Assembly: GCF_964355755.1 (NCBI RefSeq)
Contig: NC_092677.1
Location: 12,050,101 to 12,114,100 of the forward strand
Origin: Antedon mediterranea
Taxonomy: Eukaryota > Animalia > Echinodermata
Reading direction: 5' to 3'
DNA: 64,000 nt
Shown here one piece after another: positions 1 to 14,179 of this stretch. Numbering within the stretch: the first letter of the stretch is position 1; each line of letters starts with the position of its first letter. The translations under genes and the position numbers were made by a program. Under the pieces are notes generated by a model that did no database searches, was not told the origin of the DNA, and saw only the letters and a program-made list of their open reading frames with translations.

Positions 1-387
1 TTTTCATTATCACTATTCTCTTAAAATATACTTCCAAACTGTTGATATAAAATATATTAGTGATTGAATATGAGAGCTTTTGATATGCAATTACTTAGAA
101 ATTTGTTAATTTATTGTGTGCATTTGAGGATATTGGGGGCGTGCTTCCTCACTTGGTTGCGTTACAGTTTTGACCGATTTTTTGTCCAACCAACGACACA
201 ATATGCATAGGTTTTACTTTGTTTAAAATCAAAAGCTCTTAATAGCATGCAGAGGTCATAGGTCGCAAATAAAAATCTTCCATAGTGATAAAAGAAACAT
301 AAGGGTCATATGTCCTCACTAGGCAAACCTTCAAACAATATAATATTCTTTAATTTGCAAATTTCTAGTGTAATGTTCTCTATGTAG

Positions 388-518
388 ATTCTGCAAGCAA
401 TGGGCAAGTCATATCATCCAGGCTGTTTCCGCTGTGTTGTATGCAACCAGTGTCTTGATGGTGTACCATTTACGATAGACTCGGACCACAAGATATATTG
501 TGTCAAAGATTATCACAA
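388..518 (+). CDS. Ajuba/LIMD1/WTIP-family LIM protein, internal exon (LIM2); gene starts upstream of the window
   Basis: AG at 386-387, GT at 519; translates [43 protein letters not shown], typical LIM2 of the Ajuba subfamily. Confidence 0.93.
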
Positions 519-3500
519 GTGAGTATATTAATTGTTAGTTATAGTACTCTACTAATACTTCCACAACAATAAACTATTCAAATTATACAACATCACTTGT
601 ATAGTCTCCTCCAATTAAAGACCACTTAAATTAAAAGGAAAAGGTGATGAAAGGTTGCTATTAATACGGTTTTTTGCACAGGCAACGGATCGAATTGGGC
701 ATTTCATTGTGTGTTGATTTAACCATAATTATCATTATCAAAATTTTCACATTATTTTTTAGTTATTTTAATTGCTGTAAAAGCAACATTAAAAAGAGCC
801 AATTTGATTATGGACGTATAGTTCCATAGAACTTTTGTGTATTCTGTTTTTGAGATCTGGTAACATACATCGGCTGTTTGTTGAAAGTATCAAGTTTTAT
901 AAAGTGAAATTCAAGAGGTAGAAACTTATTTTTAGTACCCAAAGGAAACCATTTTATCCCTACAACATTGGTCTATATTATCGGCTTGGGATGCAAACAG
1001 GTGCATGTCAAAGGTCATTGTTATGCTCAGCATTACTACATTATGTATTTATATATGGATTGTACAGGAAGCAATGAGCCTCAAAGTATCAGACAGTTAT
1101 CTCATTGTTTTTGAGCATCCTCCCTGCCCTGGAATTGTTCAATTGTCTGGTAGGCTGTTGATTAAAAAATTATATTACCCATTATATTAATAGTTCATTT
1201 GTTTAATTATTTTTGAAAAAGTGGAAAAGTTTAGTAACCTGTTGAACTGATATTTTTCATGTTTTTCTATTGTTTGTCCAGTACAGTCATTAATAATGCA
1301 TTTCTAACTTTGGTATCTAATCCTAAAATGAAAAATGTTCACTACTGTAATAGAAAGTTATTTAGATGAATAAAATAATTTCTTCTGATTAATGAATTAA
1401 TAAATAACTAGTCATTTTTGCCATAAGTATAAAGGCTGTGTAACTTCATACAATTATTGCTTTTCTAAATAGATTGTATGTGTGTGTGTTTAAGCATGTT
1501 AGTAGTGTATTTCACATGGTAATCATATGTCCAATATTTCATAAACTAAATCCCAATACGATATCGCTTCACAGAGGCTTGTTTCATCATGATTATCATT
1601 TTATATTTGTAGGCTACGATTTAAGGCTAGGTGTATTGCTCTGAAATAATGATTATTTTTTAATATAAAATCAGTAGTATGTTTGGGGCTGAACTTGATT
1701 AGTTTTACTATTTCTTAGCCCTTTCCATGATGTATGTTATATTTTGTTTATATTTATCATGTTTATGATTTATTTTGGGTAAATAAAAAAAAAGAAAGAC
1801 CACATACAACAGCTAAATATCCAACATCAAATTATACTATACAGTTCACATTGCATATTCATAACTAATATCTATGAAATATTAATTTATTTGAAATATG
1901 ATTTGATTTTTTTTATTTATGCTACTTAGCAGAAGGTATTTTTTAATCTTATGTTATTTTTGCATGGTATATAATTGATTGACATCTTAAAAAAAAATGT
2001 TTTCTTCATCATCATCATAACTGTACAATAATTAATTAAAGTACAATTACATTTTGAATTGTTTTCATTTATTATCAAATCATTCAACACTTATTAATAT
2101 CTTTAGTGGTTACAATTCAGATGGATATAATTATTGCAAAGAACTAAAATTTGCATGTCATTTGCATATTTATTGCTTGTAGAGACACTTCCGGATGAAG
2201 CATCCACTGACTGCCACGGTAGACAATTTATCGCCATGCTTGGGTTTCTACTTGGTGATTTTACTTTTGGAGCTTCTAGAAAATAAATGTAGACGTCTTT
2301 AGATTATTCAATGCAGTAATATAATGCAATAAAATTACTAGGCAATAGTTAAGTTCGTTCCGTGAATGAATAATTACTAATGCATCATGCCTTGAGGTAA
2401 TTGTGTATTCATGAGTAATTGTACTCATTAATATTCATTATTCATACTCATAAATATTCATGATTAGTCATGAATATAAAATTTACTATTGATAGGCTTA
2501 CAGTAATTTTATAGAATTTGTCTTTATTGGTGTTATTTATGAAAACAAAGTTACGAAATAAATGGAAACTTTGATTTAGTTGAAAGCTTTAATTATGTTG
2601 GTTGCTCAGGTTATTAATTTTGCATCCATATCATAAGGTTTTTTTTTGTTGTCTATTTTAATTTGCATGGCTATTTTATGAACCATCTTGCACTGGTTGT
2701 TGTGGTTGAAACTTATAAGGAAGATTTTTTGGTGGTAAAGGGTATAATTCTATTCAAATACAAAAGGTTTGATAGTATAGCAATTATCTGCATTGTTTTC
2801 TGACTCTTTTTTTATCTATTTTCCATAAAAAAATGATGGTTTCTTATACATTTTAATCTATTTCTGGTACTATAGTTATTAGTATATTTTATTAATTGAA
2901 GACAGAGAGTGATATAGAGAGTGTTGTATTGAGCTTATGTCTCGTTTAGTTGCATCATAGTAGGAACCAAGCTTTACTGATGGTATTTAACAATAATAAA
3001 TTGTCTATTATATTGGTGTCTCCTTCCAGGGTAACAGAAAATGCCACTTTCATTTTTCTTTCTTCTGAACTTGATTATTTCAAAACAAAAGAGTTTCAAT
3101 TTGATTGTTATTTCCTTGTGTGACACCCTTTTATCACTTTTCAAATTGAAATACTTCGGAAATAAGAGATGTTTTGTACTCTTTTCCAAGAAAAGTGCAT
3201 GTTTATCACGGTCGTTCAAGGTGTGTCTCAAAGGCAACTGGACTTCTAAATATTATTCTCATGTTGGTACATCACAGTAGCTAAATAGTATTTAAGCTCC
3301 TGATAAAAACAAAGGAAGAAAATCCTGAATGCAAACAACATTATGTTTAATTCGTTAATGCTAAAATTCTCCAGACCCAAAGCGTTAAAGTCAAATTTCA
3401 ATTACCTTACTTTATATCACAACTAAAATTTCAACCGATTCCGTAGATGATTTTAAACGGTTTCAAGTTGTGTATAGTAAAACCTCAGTAATTAAATGTC

Positions 3501-3610
3501 TACTGGATTCGTTCTGCTTTTACAAACTATTTAACTTGTTGTTTCTTCACAGCATTAGTGCCTTTAATTTATCTTGTTATAGTTTTTTTGACATTGAAAC
3601 CTTTTAACTA

Positions 3611-4403
3611 CCGTATTTTCCGGAGTATAGGTCGACCCCAAGTATAAGTCGACCCCCAACTTTGGCCTAGAATATCGTTGATTTTGGTATGACCTGAATA
3701 TAAGTCGACCCCCAAAATCGGCTAATAACACAACTTCGGACGGACGTAATGACGACGACTTCGCCGCCGTCTTCACCAGCCTATAATAAATGACAGCGAT
3801 GTAGCGTTACTTGCCATCAGCGATGTTTTTGCGCGTCACTCGAATAAATTAAAACAAGTTTTCCATTAGGAGGCTTATTATTGTACAGGCAAGTAGTTGT
3901 AAATCGCGTTATCTGTAAATGTAGAATTTATTTTATCAATAGACATGCGCAGTAATTGTAATTACGAACAAACAAACAAACTGCGCATGTGTATAGATGA
4001 AAATATCGCGCAATAACAAACATGCTGCATGGACATTCCGCCGACGTCTGTGGTGTGTGTTACGATGTTTTCGCGAGAGTGAATAAGAAGCATAAAGAAA
4101 ACTATTTATTCTTAATTATCTTAAAAGCGTAATATTAACATCAAAATGAGTAATTGTGATATATTAATATTTTATTGACCAGTACTTGTTGGAGTTGTAT
4201 TATTTTGTACAATGTAGGTATTAAATTGAAAACTTCTGTGAGTGATTGATGATAGGCCATTGTCTGACCTTGCTGGGCCTTGACAGCTGACGGCTTTTGA
4301 ACAATTTTTTTCAAAAATCGCATGGTCAGAGTATAAGTCGACCCCCAGATTTTGCAATTAAAATTTTCCCACAAAGTCTTGACCTATACTCCGGAAAATA
4401 CGG
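3611..4403. mobile_element. Non-autonomous DNA transposon (MITE), Tc1/mariner-pogo type
   Basis: TIRs ccgtattttccggagtataggtc / gacctatactccggaaaatacgg, flanked by TA on both sides; subterminal tataagtcgacccc repeats; no transposase ORF. Confidence 0.85.
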
Positions 4404-7360
4404 TAGTTTCATATGAAAGATAATGGATGCTAAAAATATCCCAGGTTTATGAATAGAGGGCGCTAATTCTTATTTTAGATTTATAAATTCTGCTTAAAAA
4501 TATTGGTGTATCAACAGAGAACGCCAATTTATATTTAGGGACATTTGATATGAGTAAAATATATAATATATAATTTTATTATTATACAGTATAATATTGT
4601 TTTGTTCTCAATTTTTCTTATAGTTTAACAACACTGTAAGTAAAATGAGCTAACTATGGCATGAAGAGTATTGTAATCATTGATATGTTAATTTCTTTAT
4701 GAATTATATTTATTATTTATACATATATATCTCTTTGTGCATATTTTGATTATGATATGAATATATCTATATATTTTTTTTAATTTATCCCTTTTAAATG
4801 TTTATTTTTTAATTGTTTTTTTGTTGTTGTATTCATCCTTCTGCTAAGGGAGATCCAGAATTTTTATAAAATTACAACATTTCTAGTCTTATTTACAGTC
4901 AACACTATATTTTCTAACAAATTTACAGAATAACTAATTAAAACTGCCATTTCTGGGGTTGTTATAATTTATTTATCAGTATCATATAATTCAGACTGGT
5001 ACTCCCACAACCTGGGTTCAAATCTGAGTTCATGATTTGAGCCTAGAGACAAAAGCATCATTCTTGGAAATTTTGGACTTTGATGGTATTCTCGCCACTT
5101 AAAATATTAAAACCAAAATATAAATTGTGTTGTCTATGTTGACCATGTTGATTCATTTATAATGTAATGTTTATCATATAATGATAATACCTATCCCACT
5201 TTTAGTCCTTCACTGTTATTGATGATCTCTGTGAACCCCTTTCTAGTATGTATTATAGTGTACTGAATCTGTGTATTACTTACTTGGCAAAGTAGAATTT
5301 TGCCAAGTAAGTAATTGCTTTGTATGTTTGTTAGCACGATAGCGTCTACAATTTTCAAGTTATCATTTTTTATATACCTAAAGAACATGACTATTTAAAT
5401 TCAAGAAAATTGGTTGATTAAAAACTTGACAAATAAAAAAAAGAAAAATGTGTATTACTTTAACATGGCCCGAAATATCAACATGCACCCTCTGTGGCAG
5501 TATTTTGAAAAGTACTTCACTCAGTTTCTGAGTGCTTTCATTATGTTGTTGATGAGCACCTATTCTTCCTATAAATTTCTGCAATCTGTACTACATTTTA
5601 CCATTATCAGCCATAATTGATAATTATCAAACGTGTTATTAGTCATTCAACAGATATGTTGTATATTGTTACTAGGTTAAACATTAGCCTGCCCTCGTTT
5701 GTTGAGTTTGTTTACTTTAGTCTTCAATGTCTATTAACTTGTGGTCAGTATTAATACTTCTTTTGATTTATTGTTGAATTAAAATATTAGATGTTGTTTT
5801 GATACCACCTACACTAGATTTGTATACTCTACAACCATACCTCGTTTAGGGTGTAAACTCACCTTCCAATTGGACTTAATATGATAAATGCCAGTGGTCT
5901 AATAGTGCATATCATATTATACAGCAGATACAGATATATATTATCTGTTGTAATTGTAAAATATATATGAAAATTGTCTTCCTTTGTTTGTGAGGTAATA
6001 TAATATTAAAACACATTTGAAATACCTTAAAATACATTTAAAATACTTATAAAACAATACAATATATTGCGAGCATATGAGTTTTTATTGGAGCCAGTTT
6101 CTTGATATGTTTTTTAATTATTAATTTTTGTGTATGGGAGATATCTTGGGGGTTTATTGTGCAGATCACAAATTATATATTTTGTTTATGTTGAAGTGTA
6201 CATGTTTCATATTTAACCATGGAGGTATAATTTAATAACGTAAAAAGCACAAACAAAAACTATTCCTGCTTCAAAAATGGTATCTCCCAACAGTATTACT
6301 TGAGGGCAGCAGAGCAGAATAAAAATAAGTATAAGCACAGTACCTAATACTGTAATGACCAGCATGAAGGTAACATAATGCTCTAGACCATTAAAAATGC
6401 ACACTGTTCTGCATTAACTTCAACCTGTTGTTTCAGAACTTTTTTTCCTGTTGTTTTCATTTGTTTAATCATGGTTATGTTCTTCGGTAGTACAGATTTT
6501 TTTTTTATACTTTTTTAAAATTTTGAAAATTAGTTTTTCCTTTTTGGGTTCTCCCTAAAATATGTCCTATTGACTTTGTAATCAACCGTCTTGTTAAATG
6601 TCAGTGTCATTTATCCATCAATACAATTTTATTTTACATATATTTTATTATATACTATAACTCAAGTGTAGAGGTTAAATTTTGCACAATGCACTTGTTT
6701 ACCCTCATAAGCACATGCACAGACATTCTTACATTATGAAAACATTTTCTTTTTATACTTGGTAAGTATTGTAGAAAGAAATGATGATATTGGAGTAGGA
6801 GTATGCCGTGTACATTAATATTATATACCACTTTGTACAGATGTATACTCTACATATATAGTAAAGTTTGGCTAAATTGGTTACATACACTTGAATTTAT
6901 CTAGTTGTTGGGAGAGAGAACTACATAAGAAATTGTACACTCACTTTTCAAACCCAACTTTTTTTTTTAATGGAACAGGAATTTGTACACTAAAGTTACC
7001 AGATTTTTGGCACTAACAAACAAACTCATTAAATCCAACAAAATTTAGCCTAAACTTTTCTATATGTGTCATTTAGTATAATGTGTTTTTCTTGTAGTTT
7101 TACCTTAGAATGTATTTACCAAAAAAGCCCAACATTTTCACTTATGGCTCTGGTATAAATTCTGGTCCATATTCCTTACCAAGATTTTACCTGTGGCCTA
7201 CACAATGCCTTATTGAGCCTTAGTACAGAACTTATCCAGTTGCCTGAGGGCTTGCTTCATTTGCTGGACTGAAATGGTTAATTTCCTCAAAATCATACCA
7301 TCTTTACAAAAATCACGCTATTGCTCTTCTAATCACGAAAACCCCGCTTCTCTTTTTCAG

Positions 7361-7412
7361 AATTCATGCACCGAAGTGTGACATATGTGGCCAGCCTATA
7401 ACCCCGGTAGAG
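7361..7412 (+). CDS. LIM protein exon (start of LIM3)
   Basis: tctttttcag acceptor, GT at 7413; phase matches the previous exon; (K)IHAPKCDICGQPITPVE. Confidence 0.9.
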
Positions 7413-7558
7413 GTATTTCCATTACTTTGCTTGCACCCTGTCTACTAACATGTACTCTGCCGTCTCTCTGTCGGCAATCTCATTCTCATTTCCATCCTCA
7501 TCGTCCACCAAAACATGGCACCAAAATGCACATAGGTTGGTAAGGAGTAATTAGAATA

Positions 7559-7743
7559 ACACAGGTGGTATGTATGTAGTTTGTGTACAACACAGGTGGT
7601 ATGTATGTAGTCTGTGTACAACACAGGTGGTATGTATGCAGTCTGTGTACAACACAGGTGGTATGTATGTAGTCTGTGTACAACACAGGTGGTATGTATG
7701 TAGTCTGTGTACAACACAGGTGGTATGTATGTAGTTTGTATAC
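7559..7743. repeat. 31-bp minisatellite, ~6 copies
   Basis: unit acacaggtggtatgtatgtagtctgtgtaca. Confidence 0.92.
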
Positions 7744-7861
7744 AGTAGAACACTTTCCCATAGACAACATATATTTTGCTACGGCCAACCTCTTTCAGAG
7801 GACATATTTAGGGTCCTGATGGTTTCCTTTTTAATAGTGGTTCTACTGTATGACAGTTGAT

Positions 7862-7930
7862 ATTGTAGACTTATGGTTATGGTGCTTGTCTATCAATACC
7901 AGATTCTTGGGTTCAAATCCTACTTGGACC
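7862..7930 (+). mobile_element. Degenerate tRNA-derived SINE head
   Basis: A-box-like tagacttatgg and B-box-like ggttcaaatcc at tRNA spacing. Confidence 0.4.
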
Positions 7931-8927
7931 TTTACTTGTATCTGTTACTTAGCTATCAATTCCATAATTGTGGTTTTGAATCCAGTCTTATCCCATTTTT
8001 TGTTATCACAAAAAAATAGCACTCTGCACCAAAACACTTCACACCCAAGACAAGAAGAATAGCATCTTTTATGTGGGTTTATACTGTTAACAGATTGCCA
8101 CCTAATTGAACTATAACTTAAAGTTCTTTGAACTTATTTGCCCACCAGCCACACATCTTTCTTGTATATATATATATGTTTATTGTCACTTAATTATCAA
8201 TAAAAAACAAACAAACAAACAAACTTAATTTATTTGCAATCCTTGGCAATATTTAATTCATCAAAATATTAAAATTAAATTGTAATTTAGTTCTAAAACT
8301 AAGTAATTATCTTTTCATAATTTACTTTACTATTGTAACTAAACAATGTGTTACGTTGTTTGATTGATGTGAGTGGGGCCCAGTTTTCAATAATTTTACA
8401 GTCTTAATGGGACATAACCGTACTTTAATTTAGTTAAGTTCAGTTTTTGAAGGCAATAATGCAAAATTTCTAATGAATTTGCTAACCTGAAATTGCTTAT
8501 ATTCACACGAACATTTTTTTGAAACATTATTGGTGACGCCTTTTGATGACACAAAAAAACAAGCAAGATTATTTCTTTAATCATACTAGTTGAAAGTTTT
8601 TTTTATAGAATATTGTTATTATTTGCGGTTTACATAATTCAAAACATCACTTAAAAGAGCTTAAAGCTTCATGCGTTTGCCGTGTGCAAGATAGCTTGAT
8701 CTTATCTTTCTTAAAATTTATCATGTCATGCTGGGTTATTTTTTTTATTAAAAAATTATCAAATGTTTTCACATTTTGATTATGTTCAAGAGTCAAAGGT
8801 CTCACATAAATTGTTCAGGTCCAGCTTCCTTTTTTAATTGTAGAATACTGGTATGTATCTATAGATACACCTGAAAATCCTATTTTAGATTTGATTGTAA
8901 ATGTTTTTTATCTTTATTCTTTCTTAG

Positions 8928-8996
8928 GGAACAAATGAAACAGTACGAGTAGTGTCTATGAATAAAGATTTTCATGTTGATTGTTATAAATGTGAG
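8928..8996 (+). CDS. LIM protein exon (LIM3 middle)
   Basis: ttcttag acceptor, gtaagt donor; GTNETVRVVSMNKDFHVDCYKCE. Confidence 0.93.
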
Positions 8997-9524
8997 GTAA
9001 GTGTCATCGTAGTTTGGTGGTTAATATGTTTGGCTTTACCAGTCTTAGGACCTGGTCCAAATCTTGGCCCAGTATATCAGGATTTTCCTAACTTTCATGC
9101 AAGACTTAGTTTAGAAAGCATGTATTGTTTCCCATCAGATTGGGCCATGCGCTATGAAGAATGATTATGAGAATGGTTCTATAAAAATAGAACGATTGTT
9201 AATACAAAATTAACAAAGATATAAAAAATAAATATATATATAAATATACAGTAGGCCTACTATGTAAGAAGGATAATTAAGGAATAATATCATATAGAGA
9301 GAAAGAGATGTTTTTTCAAAAGAGATTTAAAGGAGAAGAAATTGTAAGTGTTACGAATGCTTAAAGGTAGAGAATTAAAGAAAGAAGGAGCATTGAAACT
9401 AAAAGAAAGTTTAAAGATTTCAAGGTAAGGACGAGGGATAAGAAGATCTCCTAATGTGTTGGAAGTCAATGCATCAATTACATACTGATTTAAAGATTAA
9501 TAACTATGATTATTTTCTATTCAG

Positions 9525-10079
9525 GATTGCGGAATACAATTATCAGATGATGCTGAGCACCGATGTTACCCATTAGACAACCACCTGTATTGTTACACCT
9601 GCCATGTAAGCCACCTGGCAACATCCCCAACAGGTTCATCGCAACCATACTCACCACAGATGTCGCCCAGATCTGGTTATCAAGCATCACCTAAAAGGCG
9701 TCACCCGTCACAGAGCAGCCAACGATCGAATTCTCCACAATATGGAACCTTATCGCCAACCTCAGGAGTAGCGTCTCCAAGAACTATGTCACCTCAGAAT
9801 GCCGGTTTTAGCAGATCTGCATCAACACGTAGTGACTCGTTTCAAAATCAGCAACGTGGCAGTGGAACACAACCTTATCAGGAGGGGCGTCGATCTCCTC
9901 CACCGCCTTACTCACCGCATGACCCCCACCCTGGACAATACGACAATCCCCAATTGTCACGGTACGGTTCACAGGATCGTGGAATTTTTCCGTACCCGGC
10001 AGCACCGGGAGTAGCAGGAGCGAAACACCGGCAACCTACTGATCGTGCTTTAGAAAACTATGTGGTTACAGATTTATGA
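9525..10079 (+). CDS. WTIP: LIM protein terminal coding exon (end of LIM3 plus Ser/Pro-rich tail); WTIP-like
   Basis: ttcag acceptor; DCGIQLSDDAEHRCYPLDNHLYCYTCH continues in frame with ORF 9660-10079 ending YVVTDL*, resembling the VTEL end of vertebrate WTIP; symbol tentative. Confidence 0.85.
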   Translation, partial: DCGIQLSDDAEHRCYPLDNHLYCYTCHVSHLATSPTGSSQPYSPQMSPRSGYQASPKRRHPSQSSQRSNSPQYGTLSPTSGVASPRTMSPQNAGFSRSASTRSDSFQNQQRGSGTQPYQEGRRSPPPPYSPHDPHPGQYDNPQLSRYGSQDRGIFPYPAAPGVAGAKHRQPTDRALENYVVTDL

Positions 10080-10509
10080 GATCAGCATCAGCGATTCTTT
10101 CAGCAAAGAAAAGTATTCAGGTTCTCCTGATAAATAGAATCATTTATTTAATGTACAAAAACACTTGTCCTTAAGTTTCTGTAAATTTTACAGTGTATAC
10201 GGTTATACTCGATTACTGCTATTGCCAGCATTGTCTGTAGGTTGTAAATTAAAAACGACAATGCCAATCATTTTTATAAACATATTTTATTTTAATCTTC
10301 CATTTTATTAGAAAAAAAAAAGATACATTTAAGGTGTAACTATTATATGAATAGAAATGTTTTGAATGAATTCAAAGCAAATTTTGTATATACATTGCAA
10401 CAAAAAAATTAACGAACATTCATCCCTTGTTAAACTCGTAAATGTACAATCTTCGTTATCCAGAGGAAGTTACTGTGTTTTGTCAGAAATACTTGAATTG
10501 TCTATATTA

Positions 10510-11024
10510 GGGAGGTTTCGCAACCTTACGAATACGATAACGAAAACGGATACGTCATACATTTGTGAAACTTTTGAGCTGATCCCCATTTCATATTCGT
10601 AAAGCGTATTCGTGTTGACGAATATCACCAGTCATATTCGTAACTACAAAACGAGTATAGTTTTTGATCTATTTGCACATTTTGCATTTGAATCAGGAAT
10701 GATTCATGATGTATAATATAATTATAGATTTATTGAAAGTAATTTACTAAAGTAATTTACTAAAATGCCAAGTCAATTTTGATAAATAGCAGTTTTTAAA
10801 CTCCTCACTCGATTTGATGTTGATCACCGTTACGCTAGGCCTAGGCAGTCGAGCACCAAGCAACACGTACCTGCGCTTCGCTCAAATTTACCGCAGTCAT
10901 ATTTTGGACGCGCCTCAATATTTCGTTGCCATGCGAAACAGATTTTTACTGGCTTACGAAAATGAATACGTGTGCGTGACGTATCCGTTTTCGTTATCGT
11001 ATTCGTAAGATTGCGAAACCTCTC
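10510..11024. mobile_element. MITE, PIF/Harbinger-like
   Basis: ~48-bp TIRs gggaggtttcgcaaccttacgaatacgataacgaaaacggatacgtca / tgacgtatccgttttcgttatcgtattcgtaagattgcgaaacctctc; TTA and TAA flanks. Confidence 0.85.
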
Positions 11025-11125
11025 TAATAATACTACAATAATTGTAGAGCCTCTATTAAAGGATACCATCATAACCCATTAATATGGATGTCGTCATAAA
11101 TGGTATTATCATTATGTATTCAACT

Positions 11126-11348
11126 AATAATATATACATAAATGTATTCTGAAATAGTTGTAATCATTTTTTCAAGCTTGCCCGTTTTGTGTATTGTCTT
11201 CCATTCTTGTGTAAGAGTTTTAAATCCCCTTAGCTACAAATAATATATACATAAATGTATTCTGAAATAGTTGTAATCATTTTTTCAAGCTTGCCCGTTT
11301 TATGTATTGTCTTCCATTCTCGTGTAAGAGTTTTAAATCCCCTTAGCT
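11126..11348. repeat. Tandem duplication of ~112 bp
   Basis: aataatatatacataaatgtattctg...aaatccccttagct occurs twice back to back with ~2 substitutions. Confidence 0.9.
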
Positions 11349-12565
11349 GTAGAATTTAAAGAGTAAGTTTTCGTATTTCTCTACCAGCAAGAAGTCGCCT
11401 TGTAATCAACTTATTTTGCAATATATTATAGTATCATAATAATTTAGTGTTTTCAGGCTCTTGGTTTCCAATACACACAGTTTATGCTCTAGTGTTTCAA
11501 GACTCTTCTGGTACACCAGGCTAGACGGTGAAATTTGATTTACTTGCTGCAAAAAGAGCCAGTATTTGGTTAGTATGACTTTGCTAAGGTTAAGTACTTA
11601 AACATTTCCATGGAACTATAAACTATTATAAATCCATGAAATTCAAGCCAAGATGTTTTATACATATGTACGTATAACCTTTCGTCGTATGTGTATTCAC
11701 AATGAAGGTATTTTGATATTAGTTAACAGTTCTTTCTAGCAAGAATCTGAACAAAATAGTATATACTTATTTTGTATCAATACAAGTCGTATTGTTTCGT
11801 ACCTCTAAGAGTGTAAAATACAGTGCTGTTTAGTGATTCTAGTAAGAGACCAAAAGCATGCTAAATACCATCCGTCAATTTAATATTAATTGTTACGGTA
11901 TTGTATTACTGCATTAACCAATACTGTATGTACTAAGCGTTTAAAATTAATTTTAACGAAAGGCGTATTGTGGACACTGTCGCAAGTAAAGTTGTGCGTC
12001 TTAAATGGGGCGTATTTTCCGGTGCTTTGACGAAAACAATTTCGTTTCGGCACCAAGAAACGTGCCAAAATAAGATAGGTCAATTATAAAATATTACGTA
12101 ATAAAAAATAGACATACAAAATAACGGCCTAATCGTTTCAATTGGTCACTGACAAATAGACGCCCGCGTACAAACGGTGATATTATAGTAACCATTTTTG
12201 TACGCGCAGGCGCGCGTCGTAGTAATATGGTGTAAACTTTATTGCATTTCCTTGTAAATAGTTGTTTAGCTTCTTTCTCATAAAGGTGACTGTGTACATT
12301 GTGTTAGAATGTATCAATTCATTGTGTCGATAATGTCAGTGTACCGGCTAATCATTCGTGACAAGTTTTATGAGGAGTTTTATTATGCCACGTGATGGGA
12401 TGACCGTTTTGTTTATTAGTCAATTCTACCCGCCGAAAACCGACGATAAATAAATATTAATAACAATATAGGCTAGTTGTGTTTGTCTTTGCATTCATTA
12501 TATTCGTTTAGAAGTTGATATGCTTGCAGATGTTTGTACATAATAGCACGAGTAGTTTTTTCAAT

Positions 12566-12723
12566 AAGTTTGGTTCCCACTTAGACGCGACGACACCGAT
12601 ACGCGCAACGTAATTTGACCAATCACGATGAGGATAGGTCATCATCCAATCGCGTCGTGGTTGGCCAATTGTTTGTGGCGCGCTTACGCCATTGCGTTGC
12701 GAAAAATGTGGACGTACCAAACT
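12566..12723. mobile_element. Short palindromic MITE family (aagcttggttcccact...ttgaccaatca...tgattggtcaa...aaccaagctt); related copies at ~22460-22575, 24668-24772, ~34140-34277, ~53901-54046
   Basis: shared termini and internal inverted ttgaccaatca/tgattggtcaa motif at five dispersed positions. Confidence 0.7.
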
Positions 12724-14179
12724 CGGATAAGATAATATCACCAATGATGCTCATCCTTTTGTAAAAGAAAATACAGTGATGTTTGCAACATTTTGACCCA
12801 TCAAATTATTTATCCCCCTGGGGCTAATACCACCCCGTCCTGTCAAATGTTTATAGATAATTCGGCACTTCGGTAGAACATAACACATCAGATTATTGGT
12901 TAAGTACAACGAAAGGCCCACTATTAATAAATCGGTCAAGTGGACTCCTCGAAGTGTGTAAATAATATTATCTTTTGTGCGTATTATATGAGCAGTATGG
13001 TATATAATACAATACTACATGTTGATTGAATCAGTATGTTTATGTGTGATTTATTAACGGATTTAGTTTTTAACAACCTATATCGCGGTATTCTTGACCT
13101 TAAATGCCAGGTGCGGGCAAAAAATGTCTATTGATCATACATTTCAATAATTATCGATCTATAGTTTCGAGCTTGTTGAAAATAAGCACTTTCTTATGTG
13201 GGTGGGGTAGTTCAAAGTACACAGTAAAATCTCTATTCTTTTGTACACAAATGCAAATAGAGAGGCACTAAAAGAAGAAAAATAAACGGTGTGGTAAAAA
13301 TGTTATCAGATGACTAAATATAGGTAATATAATTTATATAATAATAAGTATCTAGTAATTTTATTTCATACTAATATAGCAATATTTTTTTTTTATTTTT
13401 TTTTTTATTATTCATATTTCATACAGAGAAAAAATAAAAAAAGGACAAAATAAACAAAAAGACGTGTCTTTCTATAACAAGCAGTAACAAGATTAATATT
13501 ACAATAAATTAATAAAGTCTACCCATTGTTTCTCAAAATCATTTGATTCTCCATTTTGCCTTGCAATATACCTTAACATCATTAAATAATTTCGTAAATA
13601 AATATTTAAAGCCTTAATACTTGGCAGAGTTTTACCAATTTTATTTCATGCTATAGCAATAATTATCCATCGTATATCTACCATCTTTTTTCACCTTCTA
13701 GGGAGTCACCAGACACCTTATTACATTAGGTTAAAACTACCGTACCTAACTACTGAAAAAAAGTCTTCCTGGTTTTTATAGCAGAATTTTGCCACATTTT
13801 GTATTTGACCATTTTAAGGGAAATTCATGTTTTTTCGTCATGATTTATATTACAATTATTAGATTTATGTTCAATTAACCAGATATTATATTTAAAATTC
13901 ATGCCTGTACCTGAGCTTTAAAGCTTAGTAAATTAGTGTTTAGTAAATTCACGAAGACCGGGAAACAATTTTGATAATTGTAGGCCTAGATCCTGCAATG
14001 TTTGTACTCCTTTTGGTGTGGTTCAAACGGAACTGGGAACTTCCGATGTTCTTATTAGATTCACAATCATGTTACTAGATGCATTCATTTTGATGGTTAA
14101 ATCTGTATGTATTCGACAAAAAGTGTACTTTCGTCATACACATACTGATTTACTAAGAAGAAAAAGAAAAAAAAAATCA

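Noticed and set aside
7445-7788. Minus-strand repetitive ORFs
   Set aside because: Produced by the 31-bp minisatellite in a LIM gene intron
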